Origin: an uncultured virus (IMG/VR IMGVR_UViG_3300021400_000004)
Taxonomy: Duplodnaviria; Heunggongvirae; Uroviricota; Caudoviricetes
Virus record (IMG/VR): IMGVR_UViG_3300021400_000004
Reading direction: 5' to 3' (one strand)
DNA length: 64,000 bases
Position 1 is the first letter of the stretch. Each line of letters begins with the position of its first letter. The translations under genes were made by a program, and so were the position numbers. Shown here in pieces: positions 27,181 through 37,241 of the stretch. The notes under the pieces were generated by a model. The model did no database searches. It saw only the letters and a list, made by a program, of their open reading frames with translations, and was not told the DNA's origin.

Positions 27181-28839
27181 ATGCGAGCAAAAAGATTTGA
27201 TCGAGAATCATCTCGTAATCTTAATATGCGAATTTCCTCTAATAATCAAGATGATTTTCCTATTAGTCCATCATCTGGACAGATCGACTTTTCAAAGATA
27301 AAAGTTGGTGCAAAAATTCTTGAAGATGCAACAATTACTACTCCATTAAAAAAGATAAATGGTAATTATTGCGATAAAGAGTATGTATTAAGAGCTATTT
27401 ATAATAATAATGTAAATCAACTAAGAGAAATATCAGATTTTTATTATAAAGCAAGTGGTATATATGGTCGCCTTTGTAGATATTTAGCTTATTTATATAG
27501 ATATGATTGGTATATAGTTCCTTATATTTATGGTGGTGATACTTACCCCGTAGATGATAAAGACAAAAAAGGCGATTTAGGAGCTAAGAATGTAAATAAA
27601 ATATTAGATAGTTTCTTTAAGGCTATGACCTATCTTGATAATTTTAATGCCAAACAAATTTTAGGCGATATTGCATTAAGAGTAGTAAGATATGGATGTT
27701 ATTATGGATATATTATACATTCTGCTACTGGACCGAGTATTCAAGAGTTACCACCATTATATTGTCGTTCAAGATATAAAAAATTTGGCAAGCCTGTTGT
27801 CGAATTAAATATGAAATATTTTGATGATTTTTATCCTGATAAAGAGTATCGTAAAAGAGTTTTAAAATCTTTTCCTGAAGATATTCAAAAGGGATATAAA
27901 TTATTTTCAAATGGAAAATTAAAAGGTGATTATCAGGGTGATTCTGCAGGTTGGTATATGTTAGATCCAGACTATGGATTTAAAATTAATATTAATGATA
28001 GTGATATTCCTATCATGGCATCAGTTATACCAGCAATTATAGATTTAAATGAAGCTCAAGAGTTAGATAGGAAAAAGATGGCTCAGAAACTTCTTAAAAT
28101 ATTGATTCAAAAATTACCTTTAGATAAAAATGGTGATTTAATTTTTGATATGGATGAAGCACAACAGCTTCATAATAATGCAGTTAAAATGCTATCAAGA
28201 GCTATTGGTATTGATGTATTGACAACTTTTGCAGATGTAGAAGTTGCGGACATGGCAGATAGAAATACTACTACTACAGTTGATGATTTGGAAAAAGTAG
28301 AAAGAACAGTATTCAACGAAGCTGGTGTTTCTCAAATGCAGTTTAATACAGATGGTAATATTGCTTTAGAGAAATCTATTGCTAATGATAGTGCAATGAT
28401 GAGTAATTTAGTTCAACAACTTGAATGGTTAATGAATAAATTATTATTAAACTTTAATAAAACTCCTAAAAAAGTTTTTTATAAAGTTCAAATTTTACCA
28501 ACTACAATTTATGATTATAAAGAATTATCAAAGATGTATAAAGAGCAGACTCAAATGGGTTATAGTAAAATGCTTCCGCAAATTGCGATGGGTCTTGCGC
28601 AAAGCACAATATTAGCAAATGCGTTCTTTGAAAATGATCTATTAAATCTTGTTACTGTATTTGTTCCTCCACTTACTTCTAATACTATGAATGCAGACGC
28701 GCTTGCGCAACAGCAAACTGGACGAAGAAGAACTGGAATTACAATGGTAACAGGAGAAGAGAATCAGGGCGGCCGCCCTGAAAAGCCAGATGAAGAAAAA
28801 TCTGCCAAAACTCTTCAAAATATAGAAAGTAAAAATTAA
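27181..28839 (+). CDS. Portal protein
   Basis: 552 aa after TerL; C-terminal GGRP motif; synteny. Confidence 0.75.
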   Translation: MRAKRFDRESSRNLNMRISSNNQDDFPISPSSGQIDFSKIKVGAKILEDATITTPLKKINGNYCDKEYVLRAIYNNNVNQLREISDFYYKASGIYGRLCRYLAYLYRYDWYIVPYIYGGDTYPVDDKDKKGDLGAKNVNKILDSFFKAMTYLDNFNAKQILGDIALRVVRYGCYYGYIIHSATGPSIQELPPLYCRSRYKKFGKPVVELNMKYFDDFYPDKEYRKRVLKSFPEDIQKGYKLFSNGKLKGDYQGDSAGWYMLDPDYGFKININDSDIPIMASVIPAIIDLNEAQELDRKKMAQKLLKILIQKLPLDKNGDLIFDMDEAQQLHNNAVKMLSRAIGIDVLTTFADVEVADMADRNTTTTVDDLEKVERTVFNEAGVSQMQFNTDGNIALEKSIANDSAMMSNLVQQLEWLMNKLLLNFNKTPKKVFYKVQILPTTIYDYKELSKMYKEQTQMGYSKMLPQIAMGLAQSTILANAFFENDLLNLVTVFVPPLTSNTMNADALAQQQTGRRRTGITMVTGEENQGGRPEKPDEEKSAKTLQNIESKN

Positions 28840-28862
28840 ATATATAAAGGGAGGATTTATAA

Positions 28863-30290
28863 ATGAATAATTATCAGTCTATTGCAACAATAAATGGACC
28901 GGAATTTATTAATTTACAGCCTCTTGACTTAAATCCTATGATGTCTAAATGTGAAATAAAAGTTTTATATTTAGGTAAAAATAGAAATGGAACGAGTATT
29001 AGTAAAGAAGCTGCTACGGAGATGTCAAAAACTCTTCGTGGCGCTCCTATTGTTGGGTATTATAGAAAAGATAAAGAAGATTTCTTTGATCATGGTGACC
29101 AAGTTATTGTAGATGGAGAGGGTATTCATTTTAATGTTTTAACTAGGCCTTATGGTTTTGTATCTCCAGATGCTGAAGTATGGTTTCAAGAGTTTGAAGA
29201 GTTCGATGAAAATGGCGAAAGTACAACAAGAACTTATCTTATGACTACTGGATATTTATGGACTGGTCAATATGAAGAAGCTCAACAATTATTCATGGAA
29301 GGCGGGAAACCGCAATCTATGGAACTTGATGAAAATTCTATGAGTGGATTTTGGTCAAAAGAAGCAAATTCAGATTGTGAATTTTTTATAATAAATGACG
29401 CAATATTTTCAAAATTATGTATTTTAGGTGATGATGTTGAACCTTGTTTTGAAGGGGCTTCAATAACTGCACCTAATGTAAGTAAAAATTTTACTTTAGA
29501 TGAAAGTTTTAAGAAAACTTTATTTAGTATGATGAAAGAATTGCAATATACTTTACAAGGAGGTAATCATACAGTGGAAAACGAAATTAAGAAGCCAGTT
29601 GGTGATGATGCTGTTGTAGAAGAGACTGTAACAGTTGAAGAACCAGCAGAGAATACCTCTTCTGAAAACAATAATTCTTCAAATACTGAAGATAACAACA
29701 ACTCTACTGAAAATACTTCAGGTGAGTCTACTGATTCAACGAATGAATCTGAGAGTGGTTCTGATTTAACTGATGGAGCTGATAATGGAGAAAGCGGTTC
29801 TGCAGATTATGTAAAAGATGATGAAGAAGAGAAAAAAGATGAAGAAGATTCTAAAGAGGATTCAGACGGAGATGAAGATAAAAAGACTGAGGAAGATGAT
29901 GAAAAAGAAAAGAAATATGCTTTAGTTGTTCAGCAACTTGAAGAAATTCAAACATCTTATAAAGCTTTACAGGAAGAAAATGAGAAGCTTGTAAATGAAT
30001 TAACTCAGTTTAAGAAGAAGGCAAAAGAAGCAGAAATGAAAGAAAAAGATGCTTTAATTGCTGAATTTTCAATGCTTTCAGAAGAAGATAAGAAAAATGT
30101 TATTGAGCATAAAGCTGAATATAGTTTACAGCAAATTAAAGCTGAATTAGCAGTTTTATGTTATGATAAGAAAGTAAGTTATACCATACAAGAAGATTCT
30201 GAAAAGGGTATAACAGTAGATATTGAACCAGGTGTTAATAGCAAGCCTGAATGGTTACAAGCTGTTGATAATAGAATAAAAGAACAATAA
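28863..30290 (+). CDS. Prohead protease / scaffold fusion
   Basis: NRNG...PIVG...QSMEL...LCILG..VEPCF domain, then an acidic linker and coiled coil. Confidence 0.65.
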   Translation: MNNYQSIATINGPEFINLQPLDLNPMMSKCEIKVLYLGKNRNGTSISKEAATEMSKTLRGAPIVGYYRKDKEDFFDHGDQVIVDGEGIHFNVLTRPYGFVSPDAEVWFQEFEEFDENGESTTRTYLMTTGYLWTGQYEEAQQLFMEGGKPQSMELDENSMSGFWSKEANSDCEFFIINDAIFSKLCILGDDVEPCFEGASITAPNVSKNFTLDESFKKTLFSMMKELQYTLQGGNHTVENEIKKPVGDDAVVEETVTVEEPAENTSSENNNSSNTEDNNNSTENTSGESTDSTNESESGSDLTDGADNGESGSADYVKDDEEEKKDEEDSKEDSDGDEDKKTEEDDEKEKKYALVVQQLEEIQTSYKALQEENEKLVNELTQFKKKAKEAEMKEKDALIAEFSMLSEEDKKNVIEHKAEYSLQQIKAELAVLCYDKKVSYTIQEDSEKGITVDIEPGVNSKPEWLQAVDNRIKEQ

Positions 30291-30310
30291 TATAAAGGAG
30301 GAAATCCAAA

Positions 30311-30853
30311 ATGGCTACAATAAAGAGAAAAGGTTTTGGACAGGTAGAGCCTAATCACCTTTCTGCTCAAAGAACAGGTCAGATTTATGCTCAGCTTATT
30401 GCTGATTCAAGCCTTAATATAATTGAGAATGGAATGTTCTTAAAATATGATTATGAGAATAGAAAAGCTGTTGCTAATGCTTCTGTTCCAGGTGAATGGC
30501 TTTTAGTTTATAATGAAGAAAAATTATATGACCCTCGTAGACAGTCTCATAAAGATTTTGCTATGAAGAAGACTGATTATGTTGATGGTGAAATGGTTCC
30601 TAGATTATTTAAGACAAATATCGGTGATATTTTTACAACAAACACACTTGGACCTAATACATCTGAAACTGCTGAAACTACAGCTGTAACTGTCAACGAA
30701 GGAGATACACTTGTTGTTGGAAGTACAGGTTATCTTGAAGTACTTGGAGCTAGTGCAACTGCAACTGCACCTGCATTTAAGGTAGTTGCTATAACAACAA
30801 TGCCTGATGCTGATGCTAATTATCCGGCTGTTAAGTTACAACGTGTATTATAA
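30311..30853 (+). CDS. Head decoration / minor capsid protein
   Basis: 180 aa between scaffold and major capsid genes. Confidence 0.55.
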   Translation: MATIKRKGFGQVEPNHLSAQRTGQIYAQLIADSSLNIIENGMFLKYDYENRKAVANASVPGEWLLVYNEEKLYDPRRQSHKDFAMKKTDYVDGEMVPRLFKTNIGDIFTTNTLGPNTSETAETTAVTVNEGDTLVVGSTGYLEVLGASATATAPAFKVVAITTMPDADANYPAVKLQRVL

Positions 30854-30873
30854 TATAAAGGAGGATTAAGGTC

Positions 30874-31959
30874 ATGGCATTACAAAAGAAAGAACTTTTT
30901 ACACTTGCTAAGACAGTAGCAAAGGCTAATCCTTCTGCGGCTGTTGCTTATAGTTTTGGTGATAGTAAATATTCTTATAAAGAGCTTGATGATACTCTTC
31001 GTGCAGAACTTAGAGAAATTGCTGGAACATATGCTCTTTATAGAGAGAATAAAAATATTCTTTTTGAATTAATTGAACAAGTTATAGATGAGGTTCTTCC
31101 TCAGAGAGTTATTGAGCAGTATGGTCAGTTCGCTGATATTCGTACTTTTGCTCAGGGCGACAAGCCTGTCTTCTCAGTAAAAGCTTCTCAAGCTTCTAAG
31201 GCTAGAGCAAAGAAGTTTGTTACTAAAGTAGGTCTCGCTGGTGTTTATGAAGTATTCAAGCTTGATGGATATACATTAGAGGTTCCTACAGAGGCATGGG
31301 GCGGAGCTGCTCAGATTGGCTTTGAGGAATATCTTGATGGCAGAATAGATATGGCTGACGTTGTTGAGATTATCAATGATGGTCTTAATGAGTGCGTATT
31401 TAGAGAGATTGCTAAGGCTCTTAAGAGCGCAGTTGGTCAGATTGCAAATACAAATAAGAAGAGTGATAATACATTCGTTCAGACAAAGATGGATCAGCTT
31501 CTTCAGATAGCAGATGCTTATGGAAAGGCTACTATTTATTGTACTTTTGAATTTGCAGCAACAATGGTTCCTGATAATAACTGGATTTCTAATGAACAGA
31601 AGAATACAATGTGGAATGTTGGCTATCTTGCTAACTATAAAGGACATAATGTAGTAATTCTTCCTAACTCATTTGAAGATACTGGAAATACTGTAAAAGT
31701 TATGGATCCTTCATATGCTTACATTATACCAACAGGTGCAGATAAGCCTATTAAGGTTGCATTTGAAGGTGATGCCGCAGTTAGAGAGTGGGAAAACAAA
31801 GACTGGTCAAGAGAAATCCAAACATATAAGAAGTTTGGTATCGGTATGGTAGGTCTTAATGCTGGTATCTGTGTATATCAGAATACATCTCTTACTCAAG
31901 GTACACCTTCAGGAACAATAACTAAGAAGGCAGCTCCTGGACTTTCAGTTGAGTATTAA
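30874..31959 (+). CDS. Major capsid protein
   Basis: 361 aa, strong RBS, biased codons, followed by a terminator. Confidence 0.75.
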   Translation: MALQKKELFTLAKTVAKANPSAAVAYSFGDSKYSYKELDDTLRAELREIAGTYALYRENKNILFELIEQVIDEVLPQRVIEQYGQFADIRTFAQGDKPVFSVKASQASKARAKKFVTKVGLAGVYEVFKLDGYTLEVPTEAWGGAAQIGFEEYLDGRIDMADVVEIINDGLNECVFREIAKALKSAVGQIANTNKKSDNTFVQTKMDQLLQIADAYGKATIYCTFEFAATMVPDNNWISNEQKNTMWNVGYLANYKGHNVVILPNSFEDTGNTVKVMDPSYAYIIPTGADKPIKVAFEGDAAVREWENKDWSREIQTYKKFGIGMVGLNAGICVYQNTSLTQGTPSGTITKKAAPGLSVEY

Positions 31960-31970
31960 TAAACAATTAA

Positions 31971-32002
31971 ATAAAGGGAGATTTTTTTAAATCTCCCTTT
32001 AT
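31971..32002 (+). terminator. Intrinsic terminator
   Basis: ATAAAGGGAGATTT/AAATCTCCCTTTAT hairpin. Confidence 0.7.
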
Positions 32003-32034
32003 ATTTTTATATGGAGATAAAAGGAGATAATAAT

Positions 32035-32610
32035 ATGATAGATAATAACACTTTAATAAAGGTTCAAAATAGAGATTTTGGTTCTGTTGGATATACAATT
32101 CCTGATTTAAACAATTTACATAGGGAGTTTCAGCCAGGTGAAGTAAAAGAGATTCCTTTTGATGAACTCTTTAAACTTTATCAAGTTCCTGGTGGAGAGT
32201 ATATAATTAATAATTATTTAATAATTTATAATGAAGATGCGGTTAATGAGCTTATGGGTGGAGTTGAGCCAGAGTATTTTTATTCAGAAACTCAAATTGT
32301 TGATTTAATGAAAAATGGTACTTTAGATCAGTTTGAAGACTGCTTAAATTTTGCTCCTAAAGGAGTTTTAGATTTAATTAAAGAAATAAGTGTTAAGCTT
32401 CCTCTCAATGATGTTGCTAAAAGAGATTTAATTTTAAGAAAACTTAATTTTAATGTAGCAAGCGCTATTGAATTAGCTAAAAATGATGAAGTTGTTGAAG
32501 ACACAAAGCCAGTTAGAAAAGCAGGCACTCCAACGATAAAGAAGACAACTACAGCTGTAACAAGGAAAGCATCAATACCGCAGAAGAAAACTGAACCTGA
32601 TGCTGAATAA
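32035..32610 (+). CDS. Hypothetical virion-module protein
   Basis: AAGGAG RBS before MIDNNT. Confidence 0.6.
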   Translation: MIDNNTLIKVQNRDFGSVGYTIPDLNNLHREFQPGEVKEIPFDELFKLYQVPGGEYIINNYLIIYNEDAVNELMGGVEPEYFYSETQIVDLMKNGTLDQFEDCLNFAPKGVLDLIKEISVKLPLNDVAKRDLILRKLNFNVASAIELAKNDEVVEDTKPVRKAGTPTIKKTTTAVTRKASIPQKKTEPDAE

Positions 32611-32627
32611 GAAAAGGAGGGTTAAAA

Positions 32628-33182
32628 GTGACACCTCTTTCAACAGTTTATAATTACTTTTTAAGAAAAATTACTGATGATATGTACATGGAATTTACAA
32701 AAGAAGATACTATGTCTATGTTAAATGAATTATTGATGTCAGCTATTCATTCTTTTGAATTTCCACGAAAATCACTTGAAATAACGCCTCCTGATTCAGA
32801 TGAAGATAGCGAGGACGGTTATTTCATAAATGATTTAACTGATGAAGAATGTAATATTTTAGCTACTTATATGGTTGAAGAGTGGATTGGACAACAGCTT
32901 GCAAGTGTTGAAAATACACGAATGAAGTATAGCGGTTCTGATTTTAAATTTACTTCTCAGGCGAATCATATGTCTAAACTTCAATCTATGAAGAAAGAAT
33001 ATGAAAGAAAAGGCTTCCATCTTCAAAGATTATATAAACGTAGAAAAGTAGATTCTAATGGAATATATCGTTCTACAATGCATATATTATCAGAAACTCC
33101 AGTATATCCTTTTTCTTTAGGAAATGAGGATCCTGCTGAAGATAGCGGAGAGGAGGGTTTCTGGTATGATGACAAAGTATAA
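32628..33182 (+). CDS. Putative head-tail adaptor
   Basis: Synteny and size. Confidence 0.45.
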   Translation: MTPLSTVYNYFLRKITDDMYMEFTKEDTMSMLNELLMSAIHSFEFPRKSLEITPPDSDEDSEDGYFINDLTDEECNILATYMVEEWIGQQLASVENTRMKYSGSDFKFTSQANHMSKLQSMKKEYERKGFHLQRLYKRRKVDSNGIYRSTMHILSETPVYPFSLGNEDPAEDSGEEGFWYDDKV

Positions 33183-33492
33183 TTTAGATATAAATTCAGA
33201 AACTATTAATAATAATTTTAAAAGAATTATTAATTTAACATATGCTTTATTACCTACCCGAGAAGAGGGTAATGATTGGCAAAAGCCGCTTGAAACTATT
33301 TTAGAAGAATTATGTGGATTGTATAGATTGGTTATCGACTTACCTTTCAATCATACTACATTATTTTGTTTGATATGTAAATTAGAAGGACTATTTACTT
33401 TAGTTGAAGAAAAAGATTTTGGTCTTTATAGAAGAACTATATTTGAATGTTTAGCCCTTCTAAATAATATAAAAGATGAATGCATTGGATAA
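33124..33492 (+). CDS. Hypothetical protein
   Basis: Overlapping gene in the neck cluster; true start probably ~33166. Confidence 0.55.
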   Translation: MRILLKIAERRVSGMMTKYNLDINSETINNNFKRIINLTYALLPTREEGNDWQKPLETILEELCGLYRLVIDLPFNHTTLFCLICKLEGLFTLVEEKDFGLYRRTIFECLALLNNIKDECIG

Positions 33493-34462
33493 TATGTCTA
33501 AAAGACTTAACTATGGGGGCGGCGCCCGCCAGCAAAGTCGAATGATAGAAGATAAATTGAGAAGTTTAAAAAAAGCTTTATTATATTCTTATCAGGCTGG
33601 CACTATGATTATTGAGCAAGATGATTCTACTCTTGAATTTAGATGTTTAATTAATCCAGATAAATTAACTTATGATTCTGATAAAAAAATGTTGTCAGTA
33701 CCTTTTCGAGACATTTGTCTAAACATGCCTCGAATTGGAAAAACGACAGAAGGGGTCATAGATGTTCCAATCAAGTGTGGAGATACTTTTATTTGGAAAG
33801 AAACTAATACTCGCTGGTTAGTCACTCTACAATATTTAGAAGAATTAGCTTATTTTAGAGCGGATATTAGAAAATGTTTTTCATATCCTCTTGAAATAGA
33901 TGGAGTAAAATATTGGTTTTCTAACATTGGAGAAAATCAACAAACCATTGAATGGAGAATGAAGAATTTAGAAGAGTGGAATAAAATTAATTATACAAGA
34001 ACTTTATATATAAAACGTAATCAAGATACTATAAATTATTTTAAAAGATTTAAAATAGTTAAACTTCCAAATATCAATGGTGAATTAGAACCTTGGGAAG
34101 TTCAAGCAGTTACTCCTAATTCAGTAGAAGATATATTAATAGTTCATCTTAAAGAATATTTTAATAATGAATTTGAAGATTTAAGTAATAAAATTCAAGA
34201 AGAGATTCAAGAAGATCATGAACTAAATGAAGAGCAGGTAGTCTATCCTTATGATAAAATTATTTTAACTTGTCCATATGTTGAGAATGCATTATGGGAA
34301 ATTAAAAATAAAGATTTTGGATTAGATATGGCTATGGATGCTATCGTTATAGAAAAAGAAGATACTACTGTTACTATTCAACTTTTAAATGGTAAGACTG
34401 GTAAATTTGATGTGTTTTATAATAATAAATTAGTAAAACATATTGTGATAAAAGCAATATAA
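33476..34462 (+). CDS. Putative neck / head-closure protein
   Basis: Synteny only. Confidence 0.4.
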   Translation: MNALDNMSKRLNYGGGARQQSRMIEDKLRSLKKALLYSYQAGTMIIEQDDSTLEFRCLINPDKLTYDSDKKMLSVPFRDICLNMPRIGKTTEGVIDVPIKCGDTFIWKETNTRWLVTLQYLEELAYFRADIRKCFSYPLEIDGVKYWFSNIGENQQTIEWRMKNLEEWNKINYTRTLYIKRNQDTINYFKRFKIVKLPNINGELEPWEVQAVTPNSVEDILIVHLKEYFNNEFEDLSNKIQEEIQEDHELNEEQVVYPYDKIILTCPYVENALWEIKNKDFGLDMAMDAIVIEKEDTTVTIQLLNGKTGKFDVFYNNKLVKHIVIKAI

Positions 34463-34484
34463 AGAGATAAAAGGAGAGATAAAA

Positions 34485-35075
34485 ATGCAACGAAACGCAT
34501 TACCACCAACTTTGCAATCATCATTTTTATCTTGTGAAAAAGATACAGAAATTATTTTAAATAAATTATTTATGGAAAGTAATCCATATAGTAATCGTCT
34601 AAAAAAATTATTAGTAATAAATACTCCTGATTGTTTAGATAATAATATTACTAAATATAATGATATTGTTTCACATTATAGTGTTAAAGATTTAATAGAT
34701 AAAAAATATATTAGATTAACCCCTCGATTAGAATTTGAGGAACATGAAGATGTAAAATCTTATATACATATTTCTTTCGATGATTTTAAAACTAATAGAA
34801 TTAATGAAAGATTTAGAGATTGCATTGTTCATTTTGATATAATGTGTCATACTAAACAATGGGATTTACAAGGGTTTGAATTAAGACCTTTAATGATTGC
34901 GGGTTATATAGATGGAATTTTAAATTTTAATAAATTATCTGGAGTTGGCGAGTTTGTGTTTTTAGGTTGTCAAGAAGTTGTATTTGATGCTAATTTAGCT
35001 GGATATGTTTTAACATATGAAGCTATTCATTTTACAGAAGATGATGCTAAACTAGAGGCGCTATCAAGTAAATGA
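34485..35075 (+). CDS. Putative tail terminator / completion protein
   Basis: Synteny and size. Confidence 0.4.
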   Translation: MQRNALPPTLQSSFLSCEKDTEIILNKLFMESNPYSNRLKKLLVINTPDCLDNNITKYNDIVSHYSVKDLIDKKYIRLTPRLEFEEHEDVKSYIHISFDDFKTNRINERFRDCIVHFDIMCHTKQWDLQGFELRPLMIAGYIDGILNFNKLSGVGEFVFLGCQEVVFDANLAGYVLTYEAIHFTEDDAKLEALSSK

Positions 35076-35851
35076 AAAGAGAACAGTCTGTAAATGCACT
35101 TCTATTAGACACTAAAGTTAATATACCTTTTCCGCCAGCACAGGTTACTATATATCAACCTTCGATAAAAGAAATAGCTATGATTGGAGAAGATACTCAA
35201 ATGATTGCGGTTAGAGCAATTACTAAAAATTATGAGACTCTTCAGGACAAAAATAATTCAATTCAATTATCGAATTTTGAAATATTTATGAAAGTAATTC
35301 ACGATAAGAGTGAGCAGAGTAAAAAAATTATTCAAGCAATAGAAGATTTTTTTGTTTTAATATTTCCAAATTATAAAGTTACTTTTACTCCTCGTTCTAT
35401 TATTCTTCAAGATGAATTTAGTCAAATTCATATGATTGATGAAAGTAGTTTTAATGATTTTACAAATATTATTTACGATGCTTTTTGTTTGGATTTATTA
35501 GATTCTGAACAAGGTACAGAATATAATCCACAAGGGGCTCGCGCGCAAGCGCTCGTAGATAAGTTTATGGCTAAAAGAAAACTTTTAGCTGAATTAAAGC
35601 GGGAACGAGGTCATGATCCATCAAAAGATAGCTTATATGGTCGATATATTGATATATTGGCTGTTGGAGAACAAAAAGATAAGAATAGTTTAAAAGAATA
35701 TTCTGTTTATCAACTTATTGAAGAATTTAAAAGATTTCAATTAAAAACTACCTTTGATTATACGCTTCGCGCAAAACTTGCAGGAGCAACAAAAATAAAG
35801 GACGCAAAAGATTGGATGGGCGACATCCAATTTAATTCTGAAAACGAATAA
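35072..35851 (+). CDS. Hypothetical virion-module protein
   Basis: 259-aa ORF. Confidence 0.55.
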   Translation: MKREQSVNALLLDTKVNIPFPPAQVTIYQPSIKEIAMIGEDTQMIAVRAITKNYETLQDKNNSIQLSNFEIFMKVIHDKSEQSKKIIQAIEDFFVLIFPNYKVTFTPRSIILQDEFSQIHMIDESSFNDFTNIIYDAFCLDLLDSEQGTEYNPQGARAQALVDKFMAKRKLLAELKRERGHDPSKDSLYGRYIDILAVGEQKDKNSLKEYSVYQLIEEFKRFQLKTTFDYTLRAKLAGATKIKDAKDWMGDIQFNSENE

Positions 35852-35872
35852 TTTTTTAAGGAGGAAAACACA

Positions 35873-37162
35873 ATGAAATTTGGTATTCGTGAATGTGCGA
35901 ACATGGTGTTCAGAGCTAAGACTCCTACTAATATAGGTAAATATAAGTTTAAAGCTGGACAGCCTGTTCTTTATATTGATACTGCTACAACTTCTACTCT
36001 TGAGCAAGCTACAACCGCTGTATATGCACAAGGTGGTAGAGGTAACGTTCGTCTTATTTCTTGGGAAGGTGAAAAAACTCTTACTTTCACTGTAGAAGAC
36101 GCACTCCTTTCACCAATCTCTCTTGCAATGCTCTCTGGTGCAGATCTTTTCCAGGGATCTAAGTCTGTATCTGAAGTACATTTCCATACTACAAGTACAG
36201 CTACAATGAGTGTAAAAACTGAAAATAGTACAACAACAGCAACTATTGACTTAAGTCCAGTCCTTGGTGCCGGTGAAGTAATTTGTCCAACAAATGATGC
36301 ACCTATTTATGTTATCTTTACAGATGGCTCAGGAGACTTAACAGGTGAAATGGTAGAAGGTACTGTTGTCGTTGACTCTGCTACAAAACAGAAGATTACA
36401 ATTACCTCACCTTCTATCGTAGGTTTACAGGATTTTGTTAAGAGTGAACATATTGGAGCTAATGGATATGTAGCAAATGGTGATTATACGGTATTCGTAG
36501 ATTATTATCTTGATAAGCCGGCTGCAAAAGTTGATGAACTTCAGATTGCTGCTGACAACTTTGCTGGTAACTATTATGTAGAAGCTGATACATTATTCAG
36601 ACGTAAGAGTGATGGTGTAGATATGCCTGCTAACTTAACATTCCCTAATGTTAAGATTCAGTCTAACTTTACATTCTCTCTTTCAGGAACTGGAGATCCT
36701 TCAACATTTACTTTCACAATGGATGCTCTTCCAGGATATACTTACTTTGATAAGACAAGAGAAGTTCTTTGTGTAATTCAGGTAATTGAAGACCAGACAA
36801 ATGCTGATAAGGTTATTCAGCCAGTAATGCCTCATGATGCAAGTCTTCAACATGAAAATGATGAAATAGATGATTCAAATTATATTGGTTATGGAACATC
36901 TCCAGCAACCGCAGGAAACAAGAAAATCACTATTGCTGGTAATGGACATGACGTAGAAGTAGAAGGAACTCTTGCTTTAACAGCTAATTCACTTCCTTCA
37001 GGAGCAAGCGTAACCTGGAAGTCAAGTAACGAAAGCGTTGCTACGGTATCTAATGGTACTGTAACTGGTGTTGCTGAAGGTGAAGCAATAATTACTGCTA
37101 GTGCAACAGGATACCCTGATGCTACTTATACAGTATTTGTATCTGCCGCTGAACAAGGTTAA
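35873..37162 (+). CDS. Major tail tube protein with C-terminal Ig-like (Big_2) domain
   Basis: VTWKSSNESVATVSNGTVTGVAEGEAIITA; strong RBS; terminator follows. Confidence 0.75.
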   Translation: MKFGIRECANMVFRAKTPTNIGKYKFKAGQPVLYIDTATTSTLEQATTAVYAQGGRGNVRLISWEGEKTLTFTVEDALLSPISLAMLSGADLFQGSKSVSEVHFHTTSTATMSVKTENSTTTATIDLSPVLGAGEVICPTNDAPIYVIFTDGSGDLTGEMVEGTVVVDSATKQKITITSPSIVGLQDFVKSEHIGANGYVANGDYTVFVDYYLDKPAAKVDELQIAADNFAGNYYVEADTLFRRKSDGVDMPANLTFPNVKIQSNFTFSLSGTGDPSTFTFTMDALPGYTYFDKTREVLCVIQVIEDQTNADKVIQPVMPHDASLQHENDEIDDSNYIGYGTSPATAGNKKITIAGNGHDVEVEGTLALTANSLPSGASVTWKSSNESVATVSNGTVTGVAEGEAIITASATGYPDATYTVFVSAAEQG

Positions 37163-37186
37163 TTAAATTAATATAAAAATAGATTT

Positions 37187-37222
37187 GGGAAGCACTAAAG
37201 AAAGTGCTTCCCGCTATTTTTT
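37187..37222 (+). terminator. Intrinsic terminator
   Basis: GGGAAGCACT/AGTGCTTCCC plus T-run. Confidence 0.7.
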
Positions 37223-37241
37223 TATCTTCTATTGAAAGAAG